Notes under the pieces: generated by a model | Seen by the model: only the letters and a program-made list of their open reading frames with translations | What the model was told of the DNA's origin: nothing | Databases searched by the model: none | Program-made: the position numbers and the translations under genes | In this document: in pieces, positions 36,451-50,014 of the stretch | Position numbering within the stretch: the first letter of the stretch is position 1 | How the letters are laid out: each line of letters opens with the position of its first letter | Origin: Octopus bimaculoides | Lineage: Eukaryota | Assembly: GCF_001194135.2 (NCBI RefSeq) | Contig: NC_068989.1 | Span: forward strand, 59,544,628-59,608,627 | Direction of reading: 5' to 3' | Length of the DNA stretch: 64,000 bases

Positions 36451-39400
36451 ATATTTACTCTAGGCTTTTAGTGTGGCAAACACAGTAGAGTAGCGGTCCT
36501 CATACCAAATGGTAATGTCATCTCTCTCTAAGTACTAACCTCAAGCATTGCCGGAATCAAGATTACGTTTCGTTCCTCTAGAATAGCTTTCTTTTAATTA
36601 ACTTTACCCTTCTCCTGCAACAATGTAAGATATTCAATATTTTTAGATTGATTACTCAGACAGCGTTCATGACTATCTCAGTAGCTAGTAAGAGGAAGTA
36701 AGTTAGCGTCAAACGGAAACTTGGCCAGAATACTTGCAACAAAATGGACTAAAGACGCTTGAGGGTTAAAAGACGTGAGGGTAGTGTTAAAATAACCGTT
36801 GAATTAAGTCTACCACCGAAAGATATGAATAGTTCCTCAATGGACTTACACAGTCACAGTCTTCATCCATCAAACTGCATTCACAAGACTTTGTCCGACC
36901 TGAGACTTAAGTAGAAGATACTTGTCTAAGGTATTGTGCAATGATATCGAACCCAGTACCACATATTTGCATCGCGATCTTCTTAACTACAAGACCTATT
37001 TGCATTTTGGTTAAAGGAAGCCATGATGATATTTTACTTAAATATGAAATCTGATAGATGAGGGTTAAGTGAAAGTGACGTGTACTGATTCCAATCAAGT
37101 ATCGAAACTGAGCTGCCACTTCGGCTCATTGAGAGGAATTATTGTTGCGCGTTTTAAATTAAATAAAGACAAATTCTAACTTTACCATGACATCAACCAT
37201 TTTTTGGGAGATGTGCAGCCGAATGAATCAACAATTTTGCATGACTCGTATTTATTCCGATCGCAAAGGAAGGTTGAAAAGTATTGCCCTACGTAGGATT
37301 TGAATTCAGAATATAGAGAACAACACTAAATAGTTGAAGGTGTTTAGTCCGAAATCCCGGTATTTCTGTTACTCCACCTCGCTAGCGATATTAACATATT
37401 TAATAGATGCCTCTTCAAACCCTAAATTTATAAACGCCGTGATTTATTTTGTTTTAGCATTTTATCTTTTTAGTAAATTGTTTGGACATGAAATATGCAT
37501 CCCAACTCTGCTCAACAGGTCAAAAGTTATACAGATAATATGAAATAAAATTGAAATTAGTTCAAGTTCGGTACTGTTTCTAATATACTTCCATCCGTAT
37601 AAGCATGATCTTTTCACTGTTATTTCAACAAAGACACACACTGCTAATGACACTATTCAGACGTCATTCTTAAGAAAACTGGATACATCAGACCAGACAG
37701 ACTTTTCCAAATGAAACGGGTCATTCCTCAATCTAGAAGCCAAGCTCCTTCGTTCGCAAGCATCCGCTTACTTGTTGACTGAATTATGTCGACTCTAACG
37801 AATTATTTAAAAGGGTAATAAAATTGTATGACTACTATGTCCTCTTCAGAGTTAATCAAGCAATATGGTTCTACTTTAGATAATAAAAGAATTAGCTTCA
37901 ATATGGAATTGAAACCATGTTACTGTTTTTCGCTTCGCAGCACTTATTATTTGCTACAAGTTATTTTATGACAGCTTGAACGAAATTTCAAAGGGAAGGC
38001 AGTAGAATGCCAAAAACTGTGATGCATCTACCAAAATAAAAGCTCTTCAGATTTTACTTCTCTCTCTCTATACTTCTTTTTTTGCTTTGACATTCGAACC
38101 TTCAGAATCGATAAAAAAAAAGATACCAGTCATATATTGGTTTGACCAATTGACAATACCACTCTTTAAATATTTCTAGCTTCAGCTAGAAATCGATATT
38201 TAAAGCATTTAAAGTCGAAATATGATTGATACTTTTAGACAGAATTGAAATATTTGTTCTTTGTTTATAAAAATACTTTTAAATATTAACATTTTATCTG
38301 CAATAATATTTTATTGATGGTTCGATCATTTTATTTATTTATTTATTTTTGGCATTATTTCCCACAAGCTATTCAAAGATATTCTCTTTGAAAATATTTT
38401 AGTGTGCTGCCATATTTTTAATGAGATATTTCTAACTGACTGGCAGCTTTTTGAAACTGATGGCTCCGACTGATTACTAGACCTTTACAATACCAGATCT
38501 AACTGATGGCCTTTAAGAGTAATCAGTTAACATTAATCTCAAATTTTTGAATTATGAGATTTGATTGAGTTAGAGGTATTCTAAAATATTATATCTGTAA
38601 GAAAAGTATTGGATAGTACAGCTCGAACTAACGATCAGATCTTTACAAGTGTTAAGTATATTATGTCATGACTAACTGCCTGACAGCTTTGTCTCATTCC
38701 CGTTTTAGAAAAAGACGAAATCGAAGTAATTACCAGATTTCAGGGCTAAATCTAAGAGTCTAATAAAATTATTCATGTCATTCTTAGCTCTGTGTTTTAT
38801 TTAGTTCCATACTCTAGTGAAAAAAATCATTTAGATATATTTAACAAAGCTATTAGTTATATATTAAGTTCTAGAAACATATTATGCTGATTCAATTGGC
38901 TGAACGATCTCCCTGTAAAACTTATTTTTGTTCTTCGTCAAAAGAAACCAATATTTAGATTTTTGTTCGGCTGATTGTGAAAGAACGATCCAGACGATAG
39001 TCCGTCTTCTATTGATTATACACATTTAACTTCTCTTATGTTGCTAATACCTTTCAGAAAAGCATAACGGTACGATTTTTCATTTCCCAGTCTCTTAAAC
39101 TATTCAGCTTTTGTAGTCAGTGAAAAGAAACCTATTCTGAAATTATTTAACTCATCAAATAGAAGAACCTATTATGTTATTATAGCACATTGTCTTTTTG
39201 GCTGAAGAATGAACAAATCATCCTCAATCTCGATAATATCATCTTCCAAAGAAAGGTGGTGCTCGTGGTAGCCGTCGTAGTCGTGATCGTTGTCTTGGTC
39301 ATGGAGGTCATGATGGCAGTAATACTAATGTGATAGTATCAGAAAATAGTCGGCTTGTCGAGTTACTCCGGAGGCAGTGGTCCAACCGATAAGACATTGG

Positions 39401-39944
39401 ATTGCATCATTGGATTCCTACAAGGGAACTTTCTTTCAGTAATTACCGGGATAAATATATAAATGAATAAATAAATAAGCCACAAGTATCCTTGGTGTTA
39501 TTGTTGGTGTGAACTAAATCAGTGATAAGTGTTTCATTGTCGTATTGTTCTCATAAGGCGAGAACAACAAGGCGAAGTCCAGGACCCAAATCAACGCCCA
39601 CCGAGTAATGGCAATAATTAATCAATCAATCAATAAGTTAATCGCTAAACTCTCCGTTAGTTAACATTAAAATTCACTCTTGCTAAGTCTGTTATAGAAA
39701 TATAGTGAGGTTGACTGTGCTACAACACTTTCAGCATCAATTGCATTGTTATTCTTGGTACACCATTGCTGTACTTGCAAATGGGTTGTCTCCATAGTCA
39801 TCAGCAAATTTTATCGACCTCACCGGTCTTGGCGAGATCGATGCAATTAATGTTTGAAAAACATGAGCAGGAAACGATTTCCTAATGACTGAAGTTTGAG
39901 GTGGGGTTTCTTTAACAGAATATTCTATTAATATTAAATTACCG

Positions 39945-40400
39945 AAGGTAGCGATCAGGAAGAATCGTTAGCATACCGGAGCAAAATACTTATCGGCGTT
40001 TCGTCCGTCTTTACAGTCTGAGTTCAAATTCCGCCGAGATCGACTTTGCCTGTCATACCTTTCTGGGTCGATAAAATAAGCACCAGTTGAATACAAGGGA
40101 CGATTTAATCGACTTACTCACTTCTGCGCAATTGCTGGCCTTGTGCCAAAATTTGAAACCAATATCAAATTACCTAAACCGGCGAGCTGGCAGAGTCGTT
40201 AGTACGCCGGGCAAAATGCTTAACGTCATTTCGTCTGTATTTACTCCCTGAGATCAAATGCTGCAGAGGTTGATTTTGCCTTCCATCCTTTCGGCCTCGA
40301 TAAAATAAGTTCCAGTCGAGTAGAGTACTGGGGTCGATTTAATCGACTTAGCCCCTCCCCACGGACTGTTGGCCTTGTACCAAACTTTGAAACCAATATT
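39945..40400 (+). mobile_element. Two tandem family B SINEs (39945-40165, 40176-40400)
   Basis: Each has the head GGCGAGCTGGCAGA/GAGTTCAAATTCC, the central GGGTCGATAAAATAAG block and the TGTGCCAAAATTTGAAACCAATAT end. Confidence 0.88.
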
Positions 40401-40589
40401 AAATGGTCATCGTAAATTTGAATGTAAAGTTGGATAAGTTCGTGAATTTGAGTTGCAGCAAATGGTAACGTCTCCAGTAGAATCTTTCAAAGTCAAAATC
40501 AAATACAAACATTGCCAATTAAAATGATTGTAAAGTTAGAGAGTAGAACACAAATATACAGATATACGATAATAACATCATATCCGCTG

Positions 40590-40670
40590 TTGCTGCCACT
40601 TACTTTTGAAGTCTTCTTTAAACAGTCAGACGTCAGTTTACCTGGAAAGAAACAATGAAATTATTAATAA
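40590..40670 (-). mobile_element. mariner-derived fragment homologous to ~21085-21145
   Basis: TTTCTTTCCAGGTAAACTGAC.TCT.ACTGTTTAAAGAA.ACTTCAAAAGTA is shared between the two sites. Confidence 0.7.
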
Positions 40671-41464
40671 GAAGTGTTAAAATTAATACCTGCAGGATTT
40701 CACAGATCTAGCATCACTCCTTCATAGTTAGTCTACCTTCGTATACTCCCACATACTCTCACTAACACATATTTATTTCTTTATTGCCCACAAGGGGTTA
40801 AACATTGAGGAGACAAACATGGACAGACAAAGAGATTAAGGCGATTACATTATGATTTTTGTCATTCCAGTCAGTTTAATTACATAACAAATGCTTTTCT
40901 TACCGAAAGGGTAAGTTTATTTGCTAAGTATTGAAGTAGTATTCAAGTGAAAAATATAAATAAAACTGTTGAATATCAAGAGACTAAGGCAAATCCTACA
41001 CATCTCTGCCATTGGGAGAATGTAAATAAGTATAAAAGTCAGTGAACTTTTTCCAATAATCTATTATTAGTGAGAAATAAAATCCACCAATAACTCCAAC
41101 AAACGACAATAAAAGATCTCCCTGTTGATTGTCTATATGAAAAGAAGATGGGTCTAATGTAGTATAAATTGCTTTTATCATTGCCATTTTGAATAATAAC
41201 AACTGCGCATTTTGTGTAATTTAAAGGATCAAACTGTCTTGAACAAGAGACTCAATCCGTACAAATAATAAACAGCATGTAACCGACCACACGGTTGATG
41301 CCGTTTCTAAAGTAAAACAACCGTTACAACTTGTTGGTTCGCATCTCCGAGTGCAAACTTTTCATTAGACTTTGGCCATCATGATAAAGGGATTCACATC
41401 GTTCACTCGTTTAGCACTTTTTATCATCAACATGCTAACACAGAGTGAGCCTCTATACTGACAC

Positions 41465-41660
41465 TTAACCTGCTAGAAGTAGCAGCCAAACTTCCATCAA
41501 ATATCGTTCTACTGTCTAAAAAATGGATGAAGTCATTTTATAAAATAATCCTAAATAAACTATATCTGAAAATAAGATATGATGGTGTCTGAACGCTTTT
41601 CATTGTAGTTTTGCTTGTTCAGAGCTCACCTCTGGCTAAATATAAACAGCAAAATTCTAA
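41465..41660 (+). mobile_element. Old SINE-like repeat (family D)
   Basis: TTAACCTGCTAGAAGTAGCAGCCAAA start; diverged homologs elsewhere in the window. Confidence 0.5.
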
Positions 41661-42515
41661 TATGAAGTCAGTACGAATGAATGATTTCTGATACTGAATT
41701 GCATACCTTCTTAGTTCAAGTCCCTTTTAGAGACAACTCAGCTTTTGATTCTTGGTAGAGTAAATGAACTAAAAACTTGTCAGATAATTGAATTAACCCT
41801 TTTGTTTCCATATTTAGGTTGCAATACGGTAATTTTGAAAATGAAAATAAATTTAATATAACTTTGTACTTATTAATCTGGAGTTTGGAACATAAATTAA
41901 CTTGCTGGAAAATTTCAGTTTAGATTATTTTAATACATGAAGTTTGCATCATAGAACGAGAGACGGCTTCATGTGAGTTAATATCACATGCAGAGAACTA
42001 CATCCTTTCATACAATCCTTCTCTCCTGTCTGCTCTCTTTCTCTTCTCTCTCCTCATTTCTCTTTTTATCAGACAATAACTAAACAGCATTTATTATATT
42101 TTGCATCTAACTACCATATTTTCAGGAATAGTTTACCTGGAAATACATTGTTCAATGTGACCTTCTTTTTAAGATTGTGAATTACGTCAGCTGAGAGAGA
42201 TTTGGCTGCCACTTCTAACAAAACTGCGTGATGTCACATCATTGACTCGAGTGTACTGGGGTCGCACGTACATTTATGAAAATATAAGTGTGTATGAGAG
42301 ACTGTGTGTAAGAAAGTCTATGGGACTGTGTATGTGTGTTAGAATAGGCGTTTGAGAGTGAACGTATTTTGATGTGTGCGTGTGTGTGTGTGTAATATTT
42401 CAGCAAGTGCAAAAAATATGAGCGTCGTTCGCGCGCGCGTATGTATGTGTGTGTGTGTTTGTGTGTGTCTGTGTGTGTGTGTGTGTATGTGTGTTTGTGT
42501 GTGTGTGTGTGTCTG

Positions 42516-42550
<35 letters not shown>

Positions 42551-42599
42551 GTGTCTGTGTGTCTGTGTGTGTGTTTGTGTGTGTGTGTGNNNNNNNNNN

Positions 42600-42688
<89 letters not shown>

Positions 42689-42749
42689 GTACATATGTGT
42701 GAATATTTATGTATGTACGTATGCATGTTTGTATGTATTTATGCATGTA

Positions 42750-43160
42750 TGTCTTTCAGATTTATTTCAAAATTTCTTGCCAATCGAGAAAAACTGGTTT
42801 CTAACCTCGATCCAAGGTTCCTTCATTGGAATTTCAACATCAACAGGGTACTTTTGCATGTATACGTGAATATGTGCAGTATTTGGAGTCAGTGCATGAG
42901 TAGATTTGTGCTTTGTTTTATGTATTATTCACATGTATATAGTTGCATTCTAGACATGCGCACATATACTCAAATGATAAACTTCTGGAAAGTTTTACAG
43001 ATTTTTACAGTTCCAGTAATGGTTTTGTTTTGTAGTCTTCGAATCGGCTTTCTCCTTTCTGGTTTCGAAAAGCTTAATTTCTCAAAATTGGTACTTAGGC
43101 AGTATCCAACATATCCCAAGGCCCCAATAATTACAGGTATAACCCTGAACTTGTAAAGTT
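42750..43160 (-). mobile_element. R4/Dong-type LINE 3' end
   Basis: YKFRVIPVIIGALGYV...LQNKTITGTVKICKTF is the C-terminal REL-LINE pattern, followed by a 3'UTR that ends in (TACA)-like repeats. Confidence 0.75.
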
Positions 43161-43164
43161 GACA

Positions 43165-43320
43165 ATATTTCACCAAACTTTCGGCCGAGGTTGACTTTGC
43201 CTTTCATCCTTTCGGGGTCAATAAGATAAGTACCAGTTGAAAACTGGAGTCGAAGTAATCGACTCATTCCATTACTCGAATTTTCTGACCTTCAGCCAAA
43301 ATTTGAAATCAATATTTCAC
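43165..43320 (+). mobile_element. Family B SINE, 5'-truncated
   Basis: GAGGTTGACTTTGCCTTTCATCCTTTCGGGGTCAATAAGATAAGTACCAG. Confidence 0.85.
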
Positions 43321-43870
43321 CAAACTCCAGTCAAATCTAGAATTTTTTTTTTTTCGTTTTCAGTGTTTATATCATCCGATACAGAGTACTTAAAATTACG
43401 TTTAGATTGCAAATTAATTAGAAATCAATAATATATTAGGAGTGATGTAAGGTGGTATGACCAAAACTACCTCATTTTGGAGATGGCACTAAAACGTAGC
43501 CATCAACACGACTAAAAGTCAAACTCTAAAATCACTACAATATAATTATAAAAGTGCAGAAGTTCACAGTGTTTTCGGTCGATAATATCAGGCATTCATT
43601 AATTTCCTTTCTTTTAAAAACCTCCGAGTCATATTTGATCATAAAGCTGAAAGAAAACTCGTTATCTGTTACAGAAATCGACTCTGGAGAAAGTTTCAGA
43701 TAAACAAATAGGATATCTTGGAGACATTTTGTCATAATTTAGATTATAATTGATAATCAGTGTGTATGTGCGTGTGTGTGTGTGTGTGCGCGCCTGTGTG
43801 TGTATGTGCGTGCGTGTGTGTGCGTGTGCGTGCGTGTGCGTGTCTATGTGTGTGGCTGTGTGTGTGTGTG

Positions 43871-43929
<59 letters not shown>

Positions 43930-44159
43930 TCTTTAAAAGAAAATTTTCTTATCGTAAATGACGTTTATTATGACGTTTATTGAGAAGGCGAGAAGAAAAC
44001 CTACGGTAGCTTACATAGCCACTGGCGGCAAAATAGCTGAATGAACTGGTAAAATTCTGGTTTATCAGACATTGAAGACGGTAGTTCGTGGTCTAGTCAT
44101 CTTGAAATAATAACTTAAGATGCCATTACATTTCTGGTATTCTTTTATCTGTTTTATAG

Positions 44160-44201
44160 GAATTCGCCATACTTCAAGTCCAACGAAACATTAACATACT
44201 C
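44160..44201 (+). other. Candidate 42-nt internal exon
   Basis: TTCTTTTATCTGTTTTATAG acceptor and GTAAGC donor. Open in two frames. Confidence 0.25.
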
Positions 44202-44423
44202 GTAAGCTATCACATAAGTTAGATAAAAAAAATATTGGAAATCGCTTTAGTTTTTGGTGCTTTGTTAGCATTCCACCTGAGCAATCATAAATTGTTCATC
44301 CTTCCCAAAGCTTTCAGATGTCAGCCTGTCTATGAAGCTATACGATATGGATTATGTAACGCACGGTTGCAGGATTCGAACGCTGCATCTTTTATAAATC
44401 GTATTGTTGTGTTGATATTTAGG

Positions 44424-44549
44424 CGCAGGGTGAGTGGTTAAAAATTTCGTTTTGCAACCATGTAGTTTGGAGCTCAGTCAATAGTAGAAGACACTTGGGT
44501 AAGCGTCTTCTAATTATAGTGCCGAGCCAACCTTGTGAGTGAATTTGGT
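44424..44549 (+). mobile_element. SINE family A head (diverged), interrupted by a MITE
   Basis: GGCGCAGG...GAGCCAACCTTGTGAGTGAATTTGGTA matches family A. Confidence 0.7.
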
Positions 44550-44554
44550 ATACG

Positions 44555-44776
44555 TACGAGGAGATGCTGAAAAGTTCCTGGCTTTGGGTAAAAGAAGATA
44601 CACGAGGATCGGTTAATTATGATTTATTCACCATATTTCCTCTCTCAGATTCGCACTCTTGTTGCAGCAGTCCTTCGGTTATTCTAAGCCCTGTAAAAGA
44701 ACTCGGTGTTTGAACCTCCAGCCAGGCCTTTCGCGATACCCTTAAAGCCAGGAACTTTTCAGTACCCTCTCGTGTA
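44555..44776. mobile_element. mariner-type MITE
   Basis: TIRs TACGAGGAGATGCTGAAAAGTTCCTGGCTTT and AAAGCCAGGAACTTTTCAGTACCCTCTCGTG, with TA flanks. Confidence 0.88.
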
Positions 44777-44791
44777 TAGATAGATAGATAA

Positions 44792-44852
<61 letters not shown>

Positions 44853-45922
44853 CACTGGGGCTTCTCTAGGTCGTGCTGCTATTCCTTTGCATTCTTCAAG
44901 CCGAGTCTAGCCTGACTAAAATAGCTTGAACATCAAAACTGGATTAGATCCAAATGGATTGAAATTACGATCCTTTGATAAGGATATCTGGAACTTCTTT
45001 TTATGATATTACAGCCCCAGAATTGTTTAAATCAAATTATGATTCAATATAGAGCTGTTAGAGCAACTATTAAGTTGACCAGAATCGTCTAGTTGGCGGA
45101 TAAGTAATCATATGGACCAACTCAGGGATCTTGTATACCAATCATTACTCCCAGGTCATCTTCTAGAAGTATGATCGATGGCATTGTATCGATCCTTATA
45201 TAATAAAGAGTTTAGGTAAAAGAATTCACTCAACTGTCCGTATATTTTGAATATACACAAATCCAGACACTTGTAAAGCAATGGAAATGAGATTGTGTGG
45301 ACTTCGGAGGTTTCTCAAAAGTTTTAATGGCCCAATAGAAATGAAGTAAAGAAACGGACCGGTTAGTAGATCTCTCACTCGGTGGTATTTTGTCATCCAC
45401 AGATTCAAATTAGTATCTTTTTGTTGATTGGAAATATCCTGTGATTTAGTACAGAAATGAGAATTATTGTGCTCTGGGAGTTTATAAACCATTTGTTAAT
45501 TTTACAGGACTGCTGTTATATGTATGGAATCATTCCACTTTGTGATATCAAGTTTCATTTTGGTATATTGTGATTTTGAAAGTTAAGTACTTTGGGTAAA
45601 TACAACACCTAGCACTACCACTAGTGACATAATACGAACCACCGACTTATTGGTTACTTATCGACCTAGTCATCTGTATAACTCAGCATTAGACCACATC
45701 AATGAAGAGAAAGATGTGTTAGAATAAGATTTAAATACCACAAGTTATAATTAGAAAACGTTATTTCTGTTTCAGTGGTGTTAATTAATTAATACTCTGT
45801 TGTTAATCAACTGATGCCCCACACGGCAATCACATACACGCAAACGTGCGTGTGTGCATGTGTGTGACTTTGCATATTCAAGTATGTGTATGTAAATTTG
45901 TCTTAAAATGTATGTCTTCATA

Positions 45923-45963
<41 letters not shown>

Positions 45964-46524
45964 CAGAGACAGAGATAATTTAACGGTCAAAATTTCTAAA
46001 TACCTTGGATTCTAGGCTAACTTAACTTTAAATTGAAAATAGTCACTCTAATGAATTGAACCTCGAATTTGTTAGACAGGTCACGGAAAACACTTCGTAA
46101 TGAATTATATTGAATATTGCATTCACACTTTTCAATCAAGAATTCTTTTGAAATCAAAAACTGTTGTCAGTCACGTGTTTGTTACCGAATTCTATTCTCT
46201 AAGAATGATGAAGTGTTCTGTTCAACCTCAGTAATACAAACAACCCAAACTAATTCTGTTGCTGGCTACTTCTTTGTTCTATCATTGAATCTTCTGGTTT
46301 TTGGTTTCTGTTTTCTTGACAACCTTGTTGTGAAATATAACTCTGCTGGAGGATAAACGTTTTTTTACCATTCTTTAACAATCAGCTGAGGAATAACATG
46401 TTATTTTTTTATCTCTATATTGATTTTAACATTTTAATTAAAATTTTTCAGCAGAAAGAAAAATACGTTTTAAAAAATGCTTATAAATCAGCTTGTTAAA
46501 CATATATGATGTCTAAAATCGGCC

Positions 46525-46635
46525 ATATTTTAATATATACATATTTTAATATATATATATATATTTTAATATATATATATTTTTAATATATATATATATT
46601 TAAATATATATATATATTAATATATAAATATTTTA

Positions 46636-46670
<35 letters not shown>
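46525..46670. repeat. AT minisatellite (ATATTTTAAT(AT)n)
   Basis: Repeated TTTTAATATAT units. Confidence 0.85.
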
Positions 46671-46672
<2 letters not shown>

Positions 46673-46689
46673 AAACAAAGTAACTGAGA

Positions 46690-47100
46690 TTCAAAGATTT
46701 ATAGTGGCTAGATTCAGTGTTGATGTACTTAAGGTGTTGATTGGGTTTATGATATGGGAAGTAGAGTGAAGAGTTTAAATCTAAAGTAACATCTAGAAAA
46801 TTTGCTGTCTTGTAAGAGTTTTCAAAAGAGATAGATAAGTTGAAGTTGGCGAAGAATTTATGTAAGAGTTTTCTAGTTTTTCTAATGCAGATTTTGTTAG
46901 GCCTGTTGCAATTAACAATTCATCGTCTCTATAGAAGCCTCCTTTGATGTGGGGGAATTGTGTGTAGAGGTGTTGAAGGAGGTACAGTCCGACTAGATCC
47001 GTGACCTGAGCGGAATCGGATGAATCCATGGTTATATCAAAGAAGTTGTTTCTGTTAGTATTGAGGTTAGCACGGGACCAAAACTTATTTTCGAAGGATA
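46690..47100 (-). mobile_element. Penelope-like element RT core remnant
   Basis: FDITMDSSDSAQVTDLVGLYLL...GFYRDD...FLDVTLDL...PYHKPN...YIN matches the PLE motifs FDVTMGSYDGAE, YRDD and FLDVTL. Confidence 0.88.
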
Positions 47101-47234
47101 TGAGGGTCTGCCTGGAGCCCTGGTAATCCGTTACAGCACTTAGCTAGCGTACCTAGTCGTTTAGATCATCTGTGAACTAAACCCCCATGCTTTGATACGT
47201 ATATATATATATATATATATATACGCAATGATAC

Positions 47235-47313
<79 letters not shown>

Positions 47314-47525
47314 TAATTGCTTACAGAAAACTCTACGGTATGACATATTCCGTTAATACTCCAATGTTTGCTCCTTCTGAGTTAGTCACAAGAGTAAAAG
47401 AAGTTAAATCTACCTCAATATTTTACAAGTAGCTGTATTTATTAAAATATATATGCTGCATGCTGGAACGTACATTCAAAAGATACCATAAACAATCCCC
47501 CTATTTCTCTCTTTCTCTCTCGCTT

Positions 47526-47560
<35 letters not shown>

Positions 47561-47602
47561 TTCTCTCTCTCTCTCACTCACTCTCTCTCTCTCTCTCACT
47601 CA

Positions 47603-47657
<55 letters not shown>

Positions 47658-48344
47658 TTTCTCTTAATATTGCATGATATGCCAAAATATCTACTTACCT
47701 AAGTTGTATTGCTTTCCCTAATGTCTATCTCATAACATTATTTTAACAAGTCACTTTCGGACTTGCAACGTGCAAATTTTACACTTCATTTGATTAAGCC
47801 CACCAACCAGTAACTTACAGGGATTGACGTTATTAATTATACTTTGGCCTTGACCTACGCACACAGAAGGAAAAAGTACTGGATTGTTTATGGTAAATAT
47901 CATGGCATACATTTTATAACTTTTAATAAATCATTGGATTCCTCCAAAGTTTTTCGCCTCCATGACGAGCATCGTAGAACAGTCATTCTGGTTAATCTCT
48001 CTCCAAAATTTTATAAGTTCAAAAAACTGAGTCAAAGAGTAAGTGAAGTTAATAGCCCAACCTGAAATCGAACCTGCACCGCAGTCTCTGTTTGCGAGTA
48101 GCCTTCCATTCTACACTGAAAACTTATTTGTTTTTCGTATTTTGATGAAATTTTTTCATTTCCCTTGTGACGTAATTGATATTTAGTTGACGTCACGACT
48201 CGTAGTCCTTTACATTTTCCCACTCGTTTTGAAGATATTAGAAACATTGACAGCTGTTTCTATATTTATACATATATATATTTAGAATTATGTCTGATAA
48301 ATACATCTCTTTAATCTTTAGTCTGATAAATATCTCTCTATTCT

Positions 48345-48505
48345 ACTCAACTTGCTAAAAATAGCAACCAAACTCCCTACCATCTTAAAGAAAAGAACAC
48401 ATTGGAAAATATAGTTCCAGGGATACAAAAACAAAACGAGATGACCTTGGCTTGAATAACTTTGATCACGGGTCTGCTCGATCAGGACTAGAACTAAGCA
48501 ACGAC
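48345..48505 (+). mobile_element. Old SINE-like repeat (family D)
   Basis: TTGCTAAAAATAGCAACCAAACTCCC...TTTGATCACGGGTCTGCTCGATCAGG. Confidence 0.55.
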
Positions 48506-48607
48506 ATCTTTTTAAAGGCACATCTTGCTTTATGTGAGCAGAGAGTTAATGTAAGTGAATGTCCCTTTAGCTTGTATTAATAAGTCGAAAACTACTAATG
48601 GTTGTGT

Positions 48608-48822
48608 AGTACCTCATGTACCTATACATGTACATGAGGTACTACGCAATTACAGATACGTACGGTACTATAAAACTACATAAGATACTACAAAGTTACA
48701 CGAGATACCACACGGCTCCATGAGATATTACATAGATACATGAAGTACTGTAGAATTACATGAAGTACTATATAGCAATACGAAATGAGGTACTATACAG
48801 CTACACGGGGTACTACATGGTT
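48608..48822. repeat. Degenerate ~21-bp minisatellite (CATGAGGTACTAC...)
   Basis: Recurring CATGA[AG]GTACTA units. Confidence 0.6.
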
Positions 48823-50014
48823 AAAATAGCTTATACACTTGTATCCTTTTATTATGTCAGCTTTCTTGTTATCAGGAATAACTGTTAATGACTGATACAG
48901 GGTCAAAATCAAAATATCTTAAAAGAAATATCAGTTTGATAAGTGCCATGCACGAAACTCTCTGTCCTTAAGTTACATTTTAACTTTCTGCCGATTAAAA
49001 ATACTAACAAAATATAAATACCCGTGCATTGAGTTCGGTATATCTTGTCTGTTCTACCAAACCTGTTAAAACTAATATAGAAATTTCAATTTGAAACAAT
49101 TTTGCTTTAAACTTAAATTCGAATCAATAACAACTTAAAATTTTTTTATCGCAGTTTTTAGAGATTTTTCTTCAACATTTTTTTACAAGTTCAAACTTCC
49201 CTTTTAAGTTTGTTTTGTTATTAATTTATATATTTTTTTTAATATATTTTGTAGTTGAAATTCCTAGCAAAATGTTCAGTAGTTTAAACTATAGCAGCAA
49301 CTTGGCTCTTCATTCATATTGATTACATTAGTCAATATCTCTAACTCCATCATACAAATCCCGGTGGCCGAAATCGAAATGCAATTCCAGTTCCTGATTG
49401 GAGCAATATACCTTCGTTAATTTCTTTGGAGAAGGCATGAACATCACAATTTCCCTCTGCCCTCATCTAAAATAAAATGATTTCGCGGTGAAGCAAAAAC
49501 AAATCCAATAGCTTTATTTGTAAACAAGAAGACTAAATCACATTTTGTCCAAAAAATAATTATGTAACACAGTCTCTGAATCCAATAAAAACTCGGTTTT
49601 GAGTATCTAATAAAGCTTCAAAGCTGATAACTGCATGTTGTGTCTACATTGTATTTGGGGAAAGTTAATACTCCCTGCACTGACAAGGGTAGCATTTCCT
49701 GCGCATGGAATAAAAGAAATGAAACAGAGTTCATTAGCTGCAATACCAGTAACCAACAATACAAATAAACGCACAATTATTAAGTTTATGGTAAAAATAT
49801 ATTGGAAAATTTCCTTTTTCTAGGATTCAGAAAAGAGTCCGGCTTTTTTTGTCTTTCTTTGTAAGATATGTTGTCAAAGGCTTCTTCATGAAGATTTTAT
49901 GCTTGGTAAATCACTTTCAAAGTGAACGATTAATGAGGAAACGCTTAAGTTTGTGAAAGTTTTCATCATTAAATGTAACGATGACAGTAAAAAAAAAAAT
50001 GTTATACTTGGTAG

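Noticed and set aside
39175-39320. Minus-strand His/Asp-rich reading frame (HHDLHDQDNDHDYDGYHEHH...)
   Set aside because: Best explained as a decayed GGT/GTC/GAT trinucleotide repeat. It is short, has an in-frame stop upstream, and there are no supporting exons.
47819-47854. Minus-strand 36-nt exon candidate and a nearby donor at ~47699
   Set aside because: Splice-like pairs of this quality are expected by chance in 64 kb of AT-rich DNA, and the orientation conflicts with the plus-strand candidates.
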